Assembly (NCBI GenBank): GCA_965221905.1
Contig: OZ244922.1
Location: 1,952,001-2,016,000 of the forward strand
DNA from: Chloroflexota bacterium
GTDB taxonomy: Bacteria > Chloroflexota > UBA11872 > VXOZ01
DNA length: 64,000 nucleotides
Reading direction: 5' to 3'
Shown in pieces: positions 30,198-40,674 of this stretch. Position 1 is the stretch's first letter. Each line of letters opens with the position of its first letter. The translations under genes and the position numbers were made by a program. The notes below the pieces were generated by a model that ran no database searches, was not told where the DNA came from, and saw only the letters and a list, made by a program, of their open reading frames with translations.

Positions 30198-32105
30198 TCA
30201 CCGCACCATCATGATGTAGAAAGCGAGAACGAGCGCTGTGCCAAGGGCAACGCTAAACGCATAGTTCTCCAAGCGGCCGGTCTGCATGCGGCGAAGGCCG
30301 CCGCCAATGCCACTGACAACCAAGCCGACGAGATTCACAATACCATCCACGACATATAGATCGAACCAGGCAAAGACCCGGCCTATGCCGCGCGTTCCTC
30401 CCGCCAGCACAGTATCGTAGAATTCGTCCAGGTAGTATTTGTTGGCTAAGAGCGCATGGACAAACGGGGAAGACCCCGCTACGGATTCGGGCGACGGCGA
30501 CCTGCGCATATAGATGCTGTAGGAAATGAGGATGCCCAAGACCGCAATAAGGGTGGAAACTGCCATTACTGCGAGCAGAAAGACCGTCGACGGTTCGTGG
30601 ACCAGGCCCGCAAACTCGGCCACCAGAAATGTATCGTGCAGGTAGCTGTGGATTAGTCCGTGCTCCGGCGGCACGCCGACAAATCCCGCAAAGACCGCAC
30701 CTACCGCCAGCACGATGAGTGGCACTGTCATCACTCGCGGTGACTCGTGAACATGGGAGAAACGCTCAGATTCCATGCGCGTCTTGCCGAAGAACGTGAG
30801 AAAGATCATGCGGAACGTGTATACGGCGGTAAGGAGCGACGCTAGTGCTCCCATGAAGAAGAGCAGGTAGCCGACTTGACCCGAGAGCAGTGTGGCCCCG
30901 AGCAATTCGTCTTTGCTCCAGAAGCCCGCCAATGGAATGATGCCGGATAGCGCCAAGCCGCCAATGACATAGGTGGCGCCCGTGACGGGCATCTTCCCAA
31001 AGAGGCCGCCCATGCGCTGCATGTCTTGCTCTTCGTCCGTGCCGTGGATTACCGAGCCGGAGCCAAGGAAGAGGAGACCCTTAAAGAATGCATGGGTAGC
31101 CAAGTGGAAGATTGCCGCTGTGAAGGCTCCCACGCCGAGGGCCATGAACATGAGGCCAAGCTGGCTGATCGTAGAGTATGCAAGGACACGCTTGATGTCG
31201 TTCTGCGCCAAGCCAATTGTGGCCGCGAAGAGGGCTGTGAAGGCGCCGACAAGGGCAACCACTATCATTGCGTCTGGCGATAGCACGTAAAGCGGGTTGA
31301 ACCGGGCGACCATGTAAACGCCCGCAGTGACCATTGTGGCGGCGTGAATCAGGGCGCTGACCGGCGTGGGGCCCTCCATGGCGTCGGGCAACCACACGTG
31401 CAGCGGGAACTGTGCCGACTTACCCATTGCGCCCACAAAGAGCAAGAGACAAATGATGGTGAGCATGCCCGGCATCGCCGCGGCAATTGCCGGCACTTGA
31501 CTGAAGATTTCGTCATAGTCCAGCGTCCCAAACACGTGCCATGCCAAGATGAGGCCGATCAGGAAGCCCACGTCGCCAATTCTATTCACTAAGAAGGCCT
31601 TGATGGCGGCCGCGGAAGCGGACCGGCGCTCAAACCAAAATCCGATAAGCAAGTACGAGCAGAGGCCCACGGCTTCCCAGAAGACGAACAAGACCAGCAG
31701 ATTGTTCGCCATGACGAGCATAATCATCGCGAACACGAACAGGGGCAGGTAGGTAAAGAACCGCCAGAAGCCGGGGTCTTTGTCCATATATCCAATCGAG
31801 TAGACGTGGACCATGAAAGAGACGCTGGTAACCACCAGCAGCATCACGAGCGTCAGCGCGTCTACCCGCAGGGCGATGTCCAGTGAAAAATCACCGGAAG
31901 CGGCCCACGTCCACAGCGAGACCGTCTCCGGCTCCGCATGGTCTAATTGCGTAACGAACAGGAGCACGCTGACGATGAGCGCGCCCAATACACCCGCGTT
32001 CGCGACAATGCCCGTTTGCTTCTTTAGGTATGTGCGTCCAAAGAGCCCATTGATCGCGAAAGCGATGAATGGCAGCAGTGGTATAAGCCAGGCGACGTCG
32101 GCCAT
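30198..32105 (-). CDS. nuoL: NADH-quinone oxidoreductase subunit L
   Basis: GKSAQFPLHVWLPDAMEGPTPVSALIHAATMV, HAFFK, long C-terminal lateral helix. Confidence 0.97.
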   Translation of the reverse strand: MADVAWLIPLLPFIAFAINGLFGRTYLKKQTGIVANAGVLGALIVSVLLFVTQLDHAEPETVSLWTWAASGDFSLDIALRVDALTLVMLLVVTSVSFMVHVYSIGYMDKDPGFWRFFTYLPLFVFAMIMLVMANNLLVLFVFWEAVGLCSYLLIGFWFERRSASAAAIKAFLVNRIGDVGFLIGLILAWHVFGTLDYDEIFSQVPAIAAAMPGMLTIICLLLFVGAMGKSAQFPLHVWLPDAMEGPTPVSALIHAATMVTAGVYMVARFNPLYVLSPDAMIVVALVGAFTALFAATIGLAQNDIKRVLAYSTISQLGLMFMALGVGAFTAAIFHLATHAFFKGLLFLGSGSVIHGTDEEQDMQRMGGLFGKMPVTGATYVIGGLALSGIIPLAGFWSKDELLGATLLSGQVGYLLFFMGALASLLTAVYTFRMIFLTFFGKTRMESERFSHVHESPRVMTVPLIVLAVGAVFAGFVGVPPEHGLIHSYLHDTFLVAEFAGLVHEPSTVFLLAVMAVSTLIAVLGILISYSIYMRRSPSPESVAGSSPFVHALLANKYYLDEFYDTVLAGGTRGIGRVFAWFDLYVVDGIVNLVGLVVSGIGGGLRRMQTGRLENYAFSVALGTALVLAFYIMMVR

Positions 32106-32120
32106 TATCTCTCTTTGCCC

Positions 32121-32429
32121 TTACCCTTTGAGCGTGTTGATTTCATCAACATTGAGCGTATCTCGATGGCGCGAAAGCGCCACAATGATGGCAAGCCCCA
32201 CTGCCGCTTCAGCGGCCGCGACTGTGAGTGAGAAAATGACAAATGCCTGCCCCAGCATGTTATTCAAGGCCACAGCAAAGCCTACGAATGTAACGTTAGC
32301 CCCAAGCAGAATCAGTTCAATAGACATAAATACAATGAGCAGATTGCGCCGCACCAATACACCGAGCAGGCCGATGATAAAGAGTGCCGCACCCAGCACC
32401 AAATAGTACTCCAAGGCTGGGATGATCAT
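32121..32429 (-). CDS. nuoK: NADH-quinone oxidoreductase subunit K
   Basis: RRNL..MSIEL, AAAEAAVGLAI. Confidence 0.96.
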   Translation of the reverse strand: MIIPALEYYLVLGAALFIIGLLGVLVRRNLLIVFMSIELILLGANVTFVGFAVALNNMLGQAFVIFSLTVAAAEAAVGLAIIVALSRHRDTLNVDEINTLKG

Positions 32430-32446
32430 GTGTTACGTCTTACTCC

Positions 32447-33070
32447 TCAACGCGGCTTGGCCGGTTCATGATCTCGTAGCTTGGCCTTTTCGTATCGTTC
32501 CGCCATCCATTCCGTCACACCCATTTGGGAGGATGAGCGGGGCCGTCTTGTCTCTTGTCTCGCCAAGACGATGGCGCCCACCACGGCGGCCGTCAAGAGT
32601 ACCGAAGCCACCTCAAAGGGCAGCAGGTAGTCGCGAAAGAGCACCTGCCCCAACGCTTGCACGTTACCGCCCTGCCCAACGACCCACGCCGGCGTGTGGG
32701 GTCCTTGCGCGCCGACAGTAATCGCGGCGCCCGTTAGGACGATAAACTCCAGAAAGAGGATGGCGCCAATCACAATTGCCAGGGGCGCTTGCACGTGAAA
32801 CTGTCGCACGCGCTCTACCGCACCGATATTCAAGAGCATCATGGTAAAGAGGAAGAGCACAATGATTGCGCCGGCATAGATGATGATGTGCGCTACCGCG
32901 AGGAATTCAGCGCGCAACAGAATGAAGATCCCCGCCAGATGGAAGACAACGCTGACAAGAGAAAGCGCGCACTGGACCGGGTTGCGCAGCATAATGACGA
33001 GCACGGCAAAGACCACGCTCGCAAGCGCGAGATAGGCGAAGATCAATGTGAGCAAGGTCTCGCTAGTCAA
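32447..33070 (-). CDS. nuoJ: NADH-quinone oxidoreductase subunit J
   Basis: NPV, IYAGAIIVLFLF, YLLPFEVASVLL. TTG start at 33070 after GGAGG. Confidence 0.93.
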   Translation of the reverse strand: MTSETLLTLIFAYLALASVVFAVLVIMLRNPVQCALSLVSVVFHLAGIFILLRAEFLAVAHIIIYAGAIIVLFLFTMMLLNIGAVERVRQFHVQAPLAIVIGAILFLEFIVLTGAAITVGAQGPHTPAWVVGQGGNVQALGQVLFRDYLLPFEVASVLLTAAVVGAIVLARQETRRPRSSSQMGVTEWMAERYEKAKLRDHEPAKPR

Positions 33071-33521
33071 GCGACGAGACCTCCTTGCCCTGCTTATCAA
33101 CCAAGTCCATTAGACGGTCCACGTCGTAGATTAGTGTGCTGCGGTCATCAGTGGTGAAATTATACGCGTTTGTCATCTCCAGCGCTTCCACAGGGCAGGC
33201 TTCCACACAGAGCCCGCAGAAGAGACAGCGGCCGATGTCTAGCGTATAGGAGGTTACCACTTTCTCGGTTGGCTGAGCGGGGTTCGATTCCGTCGTAATG
33301 GTGATGCATTCATTCGGGCACGCAGTTTCGCAGAGCCCGCAGCCCACGCACTTCGACCGACCGTCCGGTCTCCGCCGCATGCCCACGGCACCGCGATAAA
33401 TTGCAGAGAAGGGCCGTTTTTCCTCCGGATAGCGAATCGTTACCGGCTGACGAAAGAACTCGCGAAGCGTAACACTAAGCCCCTTCGCTATCGGCAACAG
33501 CGAATCGAACCGAAAACTCAT
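33063..33521 (-). CDS. nuoI: NADH-quinone oxidoreductase subunit I
   Basis: TIRYPEE, CVGCGLCETACP and CLFCGLCVEACP. Confidence 0.95.
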   Translation of the reverse strand: MSFRFDSLLPIAKGLSVTLREFFRQPVTIRYPEEKRPFSAIYRGAVGMRRRPDGRSKCVGCGLCETACPNECITITTESNPAQPTEKVVTSYTLDIGRCLFCGLCVEACPVEALEMTNAYNFTTDDRSTLIYDVDRLMDLVDKQGKEVSSLD

Positions 33522-33546
33522 AGCGTCTCCTCTCCCAAATGTGTCG

Positions 33547-34566
33547 CTAGGCGTAAATAGTCAATTTGAGTACCGTGGCTACTGCCAGGTTGAGCAGCCC
33601 CAGCGGTAAGAGCACTTTCCAGCAAAAGTTCATCATTTGGTCGTAGCGAAATCGCGGTAACGTGGCGCGCAGCCAAAAGTAGAAGAATAGGAATAGAAGA
33701 ACTTTGGTCATCATGATTCCAACTGCGAGCAGAGTTGCGAAGAGATGACCGATATATGGCTCCAGGAACTGCGCAGGCCACCCGCCGCCAAGAAAGACTG
33801 CGCTGACCAAGAAAGCAGCCAGCAGCATGTTCGCATATTCAGACAAGAAAAAGAAGGAGAACCGCCAACCGGAATACTCTACGTGATAGCCGGAGACAAG
33901 CTCCGTTTCCGCTTCCGGCAAATCGAATGGCGCGCGGTTGGTCTCTGCCAGCGCGGCACAAACGAAAACGAATGCGCCAATTACTAGCGGTATGACATAA
34001 GGCACCTGCTGCTGCCGCACGATCTCAGGCAACGAAAGCGAACCTGCGAGCACTACTACGCCGACGAGCGCCAAACCGAGCATGATTTCATAGCTAATCA
34101 TCTGTGCGCTCGACCTCAAGCTGCCCAACATCGCGTACTTGCTGTTCGATGCCCAGCCGGCCATGACTATGCCGTACACCGCTACAGACGTAAGCGCCAA
34201 AATATAGAGCACACCGACGTTAAGATCGGAAGCATAGAGACCGATCACCCGCCCGAATATGTGGAGTTCGGTCCCAATCGGCACCACAGACCACGCCATG
34301 AATGACGGCACCAATAGCAGAAACGGCGCGAGAATGAAGAGTGTGCGGTCCGCACCGGCTGGGATCATATCTTCCTTGCCCAAGAGCTTGACGGCATCGG
34401 CAAGGGTTTGGAAGACCCCAAAGGGGCCGACCCGGTTGGGGCCAACTCGTGACTGGATGCGGCCCAAGATACGGCGCTCACCCCAAATGAGGGGCGGCAC
34501 GACGAGCAGCGGGACCACAAATGCGATTAAGGACTTGAAGATTACTGCAATGACAAACTCTGTCAT
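33547..34566 (-). CDS. nuoH: NADH-quinone oxidoreductase subunit H
   Basis: ERR..GRIQ.RVGPNR, SAQMISYE, ETNRAPFDLPEAETEL, PRFRYDQ. Confidence 0.97.
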   Translation of the reverse strand: MTEFVIAVIFKSLIAFVVPLLVVPPLIWGERRILGRIQSRVGPNRVGPFGVFQTLADAVKLLGKEDMIPAGADRTLFILAPFLLLVPSFMAWSVVPIGTELHIFGRVIGLYASDLNVGVLYILALTSVAVYGIVMAGWASNSKYAMLGSLRSSAQMISYEIMLGLALVGVVVLAGSLSLPEIVRQQQVPYVIPLVIGAFVFVCAALAETNRAPFDLPEAETELVSGYHVEYSGWRFSFFFLSEYANMLLAAFLVSAVFLGGGWPAQFLEPYIGHLFATLLAVGIMMTKVLLFLFFYFWLRATLPRFRYDQMMNFCWKVLLPLGLLNLAVATVLKLTIYA

Positions 34567-34580
34567 AACTCGTTCCTAGC

Positions 34581-37142
34581 TCACGCTTGGGATGACTGCG
34601 TCGAAGACGGCGACTGCGTCGAAGATGCCGTTGCGACAGCGTGTACCGAGACTGCCACCGTGGCTTCAATTCCCAGCAACGCCCCCACCGGCGCATCCGG
34701 GAAACCACCGGGAAGATAGACCACATCTTCCGCCAATTGATCGTTTGCTTTCGCCGCAACAGTCAGGTCCATCCCGTTCGCTTGAATCCCCACTCTCTCC
34801 CCATCACGGACGCCAATCCGCTCCAACTGCGTTGGGTGGAGTTCGGCAACGGGCTCAGCGACCAAACGGCGGAGGTTGCTACTAAAGCGTCCTGTAACGC
34901 CGGGCACAAACAGATGGTCTTGCGTTACCAAGAGCAGCTTGCCGTCACCATTCACCGACGGCAGTGCCGGCGGTTCTTGCCAACCGAAACTGGGCACGCT
35001 GTGGGTGATGGGTATGTCGGCCAAGACTTCCGCAATCTCTTGGGCTACTGAGTCTGAAGTGCGGTAAGCCCAACGCGCCCCAAGCTGGAGAGCAAGTTCA
35101 GTAAAGATCTGCCAATCGGGCTTTGCTTCACCAACTGGTGGAATTGCCGCCTGAGCGCGTTGAGAGCGACCTTCCAAGTTTGTGTATGTGCCGGTTTTTT
35201 CAGCAAAGCTGACGGCAGGCAATAGCACATCGGCGTGCTGGGCCGCCGTGCTGGTCACAAAGAGGTCTTGCACGACTACAAAGCGCGCTCGATCGAGAAG
35301 TCCTTGTGCCTGATGTCGATTGCGAGCGCTCGCGACCAAGTCTTCACCAATGACATAGAGCACGGATGGCTCGGCGCCGGCCATGAGGTCATCGAGCGTA
35401 AGCCCCTGAGAGTCGGGCAGCACCACGTTCCAAAGCCTGCCCAGGGCACTCCGGGCCTGGGCGTCATCGCTGCCGCGGAAGTTCGGCAAGATGTCGGCTC
35501 CCGCTCCCATTTGCACTAACCCACGAGAATTCGCTTTATTAGCAAGAGGGAAGAGATGTGCGCTGGGCAAGGCCAGCGTAAGATTTGCCGCAGCTTGGGC
35601 GAAGCTCGCGGCGCTGCCGATTACCCAACTTCCGAGTGCCCATACAATGCCGACGTTGCCGGCCTGGGCGAGTTCCGCCGCGGTCTCACCGAGCTCTGCG
35701 GCTGTAAGGCCAGTGTCTGCTGCAGCGCACTCCAAGGTATAGCTGCGTAATTCCTGCGGACCCCGGTCACTGTCGGATTGACGCAGGATTTCGGCGGCAA
35801 GCCCTTGAATCAGGTGCTCCTCGGCGCCGGGGCGCACGCGCAAGACGCGGCGGGCAAAACGATCATCCTGTCTGCTGGGTAAGCTACCGGCTTGAATGAG
35901 CAGTTTCCCTTGGTCGCGTACCCACTGCCGCAGCCGCATGCCTAGCACGTCGTGACTTTCCATAATGTCGCCACCAACGACAAGGAAAGCATCCATTTGC
36001 TGCATTTGGCTGATGTTGAAATTAAACGCAGCGGGCCCAAGCATATTTAGCGTGGGAATGAACGTCCAACGCTCAGTGCTGTCTAAGTTGTTGGTTCCCA
36101 CGACCTCTCGCATGAGGCGTGCAATCAGGTAGTTCTCTTCGTCCGAGAGACGACCGGACGTAATGGCTGCAACCGAGTCAGGCCCGTCTTGGGCCTTTGC
36201 GTCGGCGATTTGGGCGGCCACGAGACTGAGGGCTTCATCCCAACTTGCCGGTTCTAGTTGGCCGTTCTTTCGTATCAGCGGCTGGGTCACACGCCCATCA
36301 TCGTGGATGTAATCGTAGCCGAATCGACCGCGCGTACAGAGCATGCCGTCGCCAGGGCCGCGATCTCGCGTGTTGACCGGCGTCTGGTCCCGCAGTGCCG
36401 GGTTCGCTTTTGTGCGCAGCACCTCTCCCATGCGCGTCTCGACGTGCATCTGGCAGCCGACGCTGCAGTGGTTGCACACAGATTCGCTTTGATGCACTTG
36501 CCACGCGCGCCCGCTATGCATGAAAGGTCGGCTGAGCAAAGCGCCGACGGGGCAGACCTCAATGCACTCACCGCACTCAACGCAGCCTAAGGGTTCATCG
36601 AACTGCGTCCCAATATAACTGTGGAACCCCCGCAAGTTAAAGGTAAGCGCACTATCGCCCACACGTTCGTCACAGATGCGCACGCACTTCCCGCAGTAGA
36701 TGCAGCGGTTCGGGTCCCATTCGATGAGAGGGCTGAGCTCGTGATCGGGTTCGTTGGGGTTGTCGCTGCCCAGACTGCTGCGGTACACACCTACCTCATA
36801 GGCCGTGTGCTGCAGGTCGCAGACGCCGGACTTATCGCAGTAGGGGCAGTCCAATGGATGGTGCTGCAGGGTCATCTCCATAATGCCCTGCTGCGCATGC
36901 ACCACAGGCTCGGTCTTCGTGCTCACCACCATGCCTTCCATGGCCATGGTATTGCAAGAAGAAAGTGGCTTTGGCGCCCGTTCGACCTCTACCACGCACA
37001 TGCGACACGCACCGTAGGGTTTTAGAAAGGTATCGAAGCACAAAGTAGGAATGTAGGTTCCTGCCTTGCGTGCGGCATCGAGGATAGTTGCACCGTCAGG
37101 TACCGTTACCTCTTGAGCGTCAACTGTTAGTGTTACGGGCAT
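34581..37142 (-). CDS. nuoG: NADH-quinone oxidoreductase subunit G (Fe-S / molybdopterin-oxidoreductase fold)
   Basis: [2Fe-2S] LC..GACRMC..C, HPLDCPYCDKSGVCDLQ, two CxxCxxCxxxC motifs, CNHCSVGC..LC, EKTGTYTNLEGR; lies between nuoD and nuoH. Confidence 0.88.
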   Translation of the reverse strand: MPVTLTVDAQEVTVPDGATILDAARKAGTYIPTLCFDTFLKPYGACRMCVVEVERAPKPLSSCNTMAMEGMVVSTKTEPVVHAQQGIMEMTLQHHPLDCPYCDKSGVCDLQHTAYEVGVYRSSLGSDNPNEPDHELSPLIEWDPNRCIYCGKCVRICDERVGDSALTFNLRGFHSYIGTQFDEPLGCVECGECIEVCPVGALLSRPFMHSGRAWQVHQSESVCNHCSVGCQMHVETRMGEVLRTKANPALRDQTPVNTRDRGPGDGMLCTRGRFGYDYIHDDGRVTQPLIRKNGQLEPASWDEALSLVAAQIADAKAQDGPDSVAAITSGRLSDEENYLIARLMREVVGTNNLDSTERWTFIPTLNMLGPAAFNFNISQMQQMDAFLVVGGDIMESHDVLGMRLRQWVRDQGKLLIQAGSLPSRQDDRFARRVLRVRPGAEEHLIQGLAAEILRQSDSDRGPQELRSYTLECAAADTGLTAAELGETAAELAQAGNVGIVWALGSWVIGSAASFAQAAANLTLALPSAHLFPLANKANSRGLVQMGAGADILPNFRGSDDAQARSALGRLWNVVLPDSQGLTLDDLMAGAEPSVLYVIGEDLVASARNRHQAQGLLDRARFVVVQDLFVTSTAAQHADVLLPAVSFAEKTGTYTNLEGRSQRAQAAIPPVGEAKPDWQIFTELALQLGARWAYRTSDSVAQEIAEVLADIPITHSVPSFGWQEPPALPSVNGDGKLLLVTQDHLFVPGVTGRFSSNLRRLVAEPVAELHPTQLERIGVRDGERVGIQANGMDLTVAAKANDQLAEDVVYLPGGFPDAPVGALLGIEATVAVSVHAVATASSTQSPSSTQSSQA

Positions 37143-37204
37143 TGTTCCCTCTTCTCAACCACCGCAAATATCAGACACCATATCGTCTACACTGCTATTC
37201 GCTC

Positions 37205-38410
37205 TTACCGATCGACCTCACCAAGGACGATGTCAATACTTCCAATCACGGCGACTACGTCCGCCAACAGCCGTCCCTTAACCAGATAGGGCAGGGACTG
37301 CAGATTAACAAAGGAAGGTGAGCGGACGTGCATGCGGTACGGTTTGCCGCTACCGTCGCTAACGACGTAGAAGCCGAGTTCGCCTTTTGGCGCCTCGATA
37401 GCAGCATACATCTCGCCCTTCCGCACCGGGAAACCGTGGATGTACATCCAAAAGTGGTTGATCATTGCTTCCATATCGGTATAGAGGCGCGGGGTATCCG
37501 GTCGGCCGACACGCGAGTCATCGGTCATAACCGGACCAGGCGGCAAGTGCGTAATTACTTGGCGGATGATGTGTACACTCTGGCGCATCTCCTCGAGACG
37601 CAGCAGGTAACGGCTGAAGACATCACCCTTGCCGGTGCCGGTGGGTACGTCGAACTCCACCTTATCGTAGGCGGCATAGGGTTCCGCCTTGCGAATATCC
37701 CATGCCACGCCGGAGCCGCGCAGACAGGGCCCGGATAGACCCATCGCGATGGCGTCTTCGCCGGAGATAACTCCCACGTCCACAGTTCGCCCAAGCCAAA
37801 GTTCGTTCTTCGTAAGCAATTTGTCGAACTGATCGATTTCTTTAATGAAGTAATCCAAACTGCCCACAAGTTTCTCGTAGAAGGCTTCGCGCGGTTCTTC
37901 CAGGAATCCGCCGGGACGCATAACGCTGTGCGTCATGCGGGCGCCGCAGAGCTCTTCGAATAACTCAAGGACGCGTTCACGGGCGCGAAACGCGTAGAGG
38001 AAGACAGACATGGCGCCGATGTCCAGCGCGTGGGTGCCGATCCAGACCAGATGACCTGCCAGACGCCCCAACTCACCTACAATGCAGCGCAGCCACTGAG
38101 CACGTTCCGGCACTTCGATTTCGGCGAGGGCCTCGACGGCCACCAGCCAACCAAGGTTACTGGAAGCCGCGGCAGTGTAGTCCATGCGGTCGGTATACCC
38201 AAGAATCTGAGTATACGTCTCACTCTCAGCAATCTTCTCCGTGCCGCGATGCAGGTAACCAATAATTGGTACGGCTTCCTCGATGTATTCGCCGTTCATT
38301 TTCAGCACGACACGCAAGACCCCATGAGTACTGGGGTGCTGCGGGCCCAAATTCAGGATGAGTCCTGAATCATCTTCCCCTGCAATGCGTTCAATCTCAA
38401 CAGTCGCCAT
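37205..38410 (-). CDS. nuoD: NADH-quinone oxidoreductase subunit D
   Basis: GPQHPSTHGVLR, GYLHRG.EK, EAPKGE, GEVDR. Confidence 0.97.
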   Translation of the reverse strand: MATVEIERIAGEDDSGLILNLGPQHPSTHGVLRVVLKMNGEYIEEAVPIIGYLHRGTEKIAESETYTQILGYTDRMDYTAAASSNLGWLVAVEALAEIEVPERAQWLRCIVGELGRLAGHLVWIGTHALDIGAMSVFLYAFRARERVLELFEELCGARMTHSVMRPGGFLEEPREAFYEKLVGSLDYFIKEIDQFDKLLTKNELWLGRTVDVGVISGEDAIAMGLSGPCLRGSGVAWDIRKAEPYAAYDKVEFDVPTGTGKGDVFSRYLLRLEEMRQSVHIIRQVITHLPPGPVMTDDSRVGRPDTPRLYTDMEAMINHFWMYIHGFPVRKGEMYAAIEAPKGELGFYVVSDGSGKPYRMHVRSPSFVNLQSLPYLVKGRLLADVVAVIGSIDIVLGEVDR

Positions 38411-38450
38411 CGGATGTTCCCACTACTCCTATTGGTAGTGCCTTATACGG

Positions 38451-38924
38451 CTAGAGGCCCTCACGCGGAAAGTCCTTACGCAACGGGTGATACTCGTAGT
38501 CTTCATCCATTAGGATGCGGCGGAGATCCGGGTGATTAACGAAGTTCACGCCCATCAGATCGTAGACCTCGCGCTCCGGCCAGTCGGCGCCGGGCCAGAC
38601 TTGCGCCATGGATTCAACTGATTCAGAGGGTGCAATCCGAGTCTTAACGCGTATGCTGCGATTTTCGGGGATCGAGCGCAAGTGATAGACAACTTCGTAT
38701 TCTTGCATCTCACCCGGCCAATGAACCGCTGTCACGTCGCCGAAATAGTTGAAGCGAAGGTCTGGGTCATCGCGCAAAACCATTGCCACTGCCAACAGGT
38801 CTGCGGCAGCAATCTCGATTGTCAGAAAGTTGCGATGGCTATTTGCGGCAACGACCTTGTCGCCTAAGACCGCTTTCACACGCTCTTGGATTGTATCGGC
38901 GGCAACGGGCGGCGGGATGCTCAC
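38451..38924 (-). CDS. nuoC: NADH-quinone oxidoreductase subunit C
   Basis: W.EREVYDLMGV.F.NHPDLRRIL, HPLRKDFP. GTG start at 38924 after AGGAG. Confidence 0.93.
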   Translation of the reverse strand: MSIPPPVAADTIQERVKAVLGDKVVAANSHRNFLTIEIAAADLLAVAMVLRDDPDLRFNYFGDVTAVHWPGEMQEYEVVYHLRSIPENRSIRVKTRIAPSESVESMAQVWPGADWPEREVYDLMGVNFVNHPDLRRILMDEDYEYHPLRKDFPREGL

Positions 38925-38932
38925 AGGTGCAT

Positions 38933-39484
38933 TTACTCCTGGGCTGCCATAGCAGACCGCGTGGTGAGTAAATCCTCGTCTGCGCCGGCCCACTCACCTT
39001 GCTTGATCTTCTGCTGCAAGAGCATAAGGCCTTCCAGCAGCGCCTCGGGCCGCGGGGGACATCCAGGCACGTAAATGTCAACGGGCACAGCAAGGTCTAC
39101 GCCTTGCAGTACACTGTACGACCGATACGGCCCTCCGCACGTCGCACAGTTGCCATGGGCGATTACCCAGCACGGCCGCGCCATTTGTTCCCAGAGGTTG
39201 CGTATGATCGGCGCCATCTTCTTGGTCACCGTACCCGCCACGATCATGACATCTGATTGCCGGGGTGTTGCCCGGAACGCCATGCCAAAACGGTCCGCGT
39301 CGTAGTGTGAAGCGAAGAGCGACATCATTTCAATGGCACAGCACGCCAGGCCGAAGGTCATTGGCCACAACGCATTCGCTCGCCCCCAATTCAAGACTTG
39401 GTCGGCGGAAGCAAGCACAAAGCCGGAAGCACCCGTTTTTTGCCCAACAGTTGGCAGCGTGAGCGTATCTTCTATAACCCCCAA
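38933..39484 (-). CDS. nuoB: NADH-quinone oxidoreductase subunit B
   Basis: [28 protein letters not shown] start at 39484 after AAGGAG. Confidence 0.95.
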   Translation of the reverse strand: MGVIEDTLTLPTVGQKTGASGFVLASADQVLNWGRANALWPMTFGLACCAIEMMSLFASHYDADRFGMAFRATPRQSDVMIVAGTVTKKMAPIIRNLWEQMARPCWVIAHGNCATCGGPYRSYSVLQGVDLAVPVDIYVPGCPPRPEALLEGLMLLQQKIKQGEWAGADEDLLTTRSAMAAQE

Positions 39485-39849
39485 TCGAATGCTCCTTTCT
39501 TCCATGCGTAAACGTAGCCCACAAGTAAGATTGCAATGAATATCGCCATTTCAACCAGACCGAAGAGGCCAAGCGACCCCACTATAACGGCCCACGGGAA
39601 GAGAAAGGCGAGCTCAAGATCGAAAACGACGTATACAATCGCGACCATGTAGAAGTGGACGCCGTGCCGGCCGCGTGTATCGCCCACCATCCCACTGGGG
39701 CCAATTCCCGATTCGTAGGGGGCCGTGCGCAGAGGTCCGGGTCGAAACTTCGGTCGGAGCACGGAGGCAAGGGCGAGCGTAACTATACCGAAACCGGATG
39801 CGGCAACGAAGAGCACCAGAAACGGAATATATCCTACGTAGTACTCCAT
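39472..39849 (-). CDS. nuoA: NADH-quinone oxidoreductase subunit A
   Basis: [24 protein letters not shown]. Confidence 0.95.
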   Translation of the reverse strand: MEYYVGYIPFLVLFVAASGFGIVTLALASVLRPKFRPGPLRTAPYESGIGPSGMVGDTRGRHGVHFYMVAIVYVVFDLELAFLFPWAVIVGSLGLFGLVEMAIFIAILLVGYVYAWKKGAFDWGL

Positions 39850-39949
39850 AGTTCTACCTTCTTGCCCTCATCTCTGCTTGTCTCCAGCGCAGTCCGGTCT
39901 AATGATGAACGATTTGGTCTTCGTTGACAACCGCGCTCCCGCGCGTTGT

Positions 39950-40645
39950 CTAGCCCGGCGTCAAAGTGGTTGCGACTGAGCGTACAGCGTCTGATGCGTT
40001 GTAGTCGGCAACACTCTCCCGCAACAGGTAGGAGAGGTACTCCACCTCTATTGAGAGGTCTACGCTCGCGAGATAGATGTGGGAAGGCACCTTCAACTGT
40101 ATCGGCGCAAAGTTGAGCAAACAGCGCACTCCGGCATCTACAAGCTGCTGGGTAACGGCTTGTGCCGCTTTTGCGGGCACGGCCAATACCGCCATCACGA
40201 TCTGGCGCTCTTGGATGGTTTCCTTTATCTGATCCATGGGCTTTACAACCACGTCGCGGATTACTGTCCCAACGCGGCGTGGATCAGAGTCGAAAGCCTC
40301 GACAATGCGGAATCCTTGCCGAGGAAACCCGTCATACGCGAGCAGGGCAGACCCCAAGTTGCCAACGCCGACGAGCGCCATGGGCCAACCTTCACCAATT
40401 CCCAGAATGCTCTGCATGTGAGACTGCAGCGATTCTACTTCATACCCCACACCGCGTCGACCAAAACTCCCAAAGTATGCAAGGTCGCGTCGAACCTGGG
40501 CGGCAGTGGAACCGGTCAGCGCAGATAGGCGCTCCGAGGAAACACTTTCAACCCCCTGTTCCCGCAGCGCGACCAATGTACGATAGTACAGAGAGAGGCG
40601 TCTTATCGCCATCTGCGGCGCTTTTCCCCTCGGTATCACAGGCAT
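39950..40645 (-). CDS. rex: Redox-sensing transcriptional repressor Rex
   Basis: RRLSLYYR, QVRRDLAYFGSFGRRGVGY, GVGNLG, LNFAP. Confidence 0.95.
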   Translation of the reverse strand: MPVIPRGKAPQMAIRRLSLYYRTLVALREQGVESVSSERLSALTGSTAAQVRRDLAYFGSFGRRGVGYEVESLQSHMQSILGIGEGWPMALVGVGNLGSALLAYDGFPRQGFRIVEAFDSDPRRVGTVIRDVVVKPMDQIKETIQERQIVMAVLAVPAKAAQAVTQQLVDAGVRCLLNFAPIQLKVPSHIYLASVDLSIEVEYLSYLLRESVADYNASDAVRSVATTLTPG

Positions 40646-40674
40646 TGGCGCTTCTCATGTCAAAGGCATTTGCC

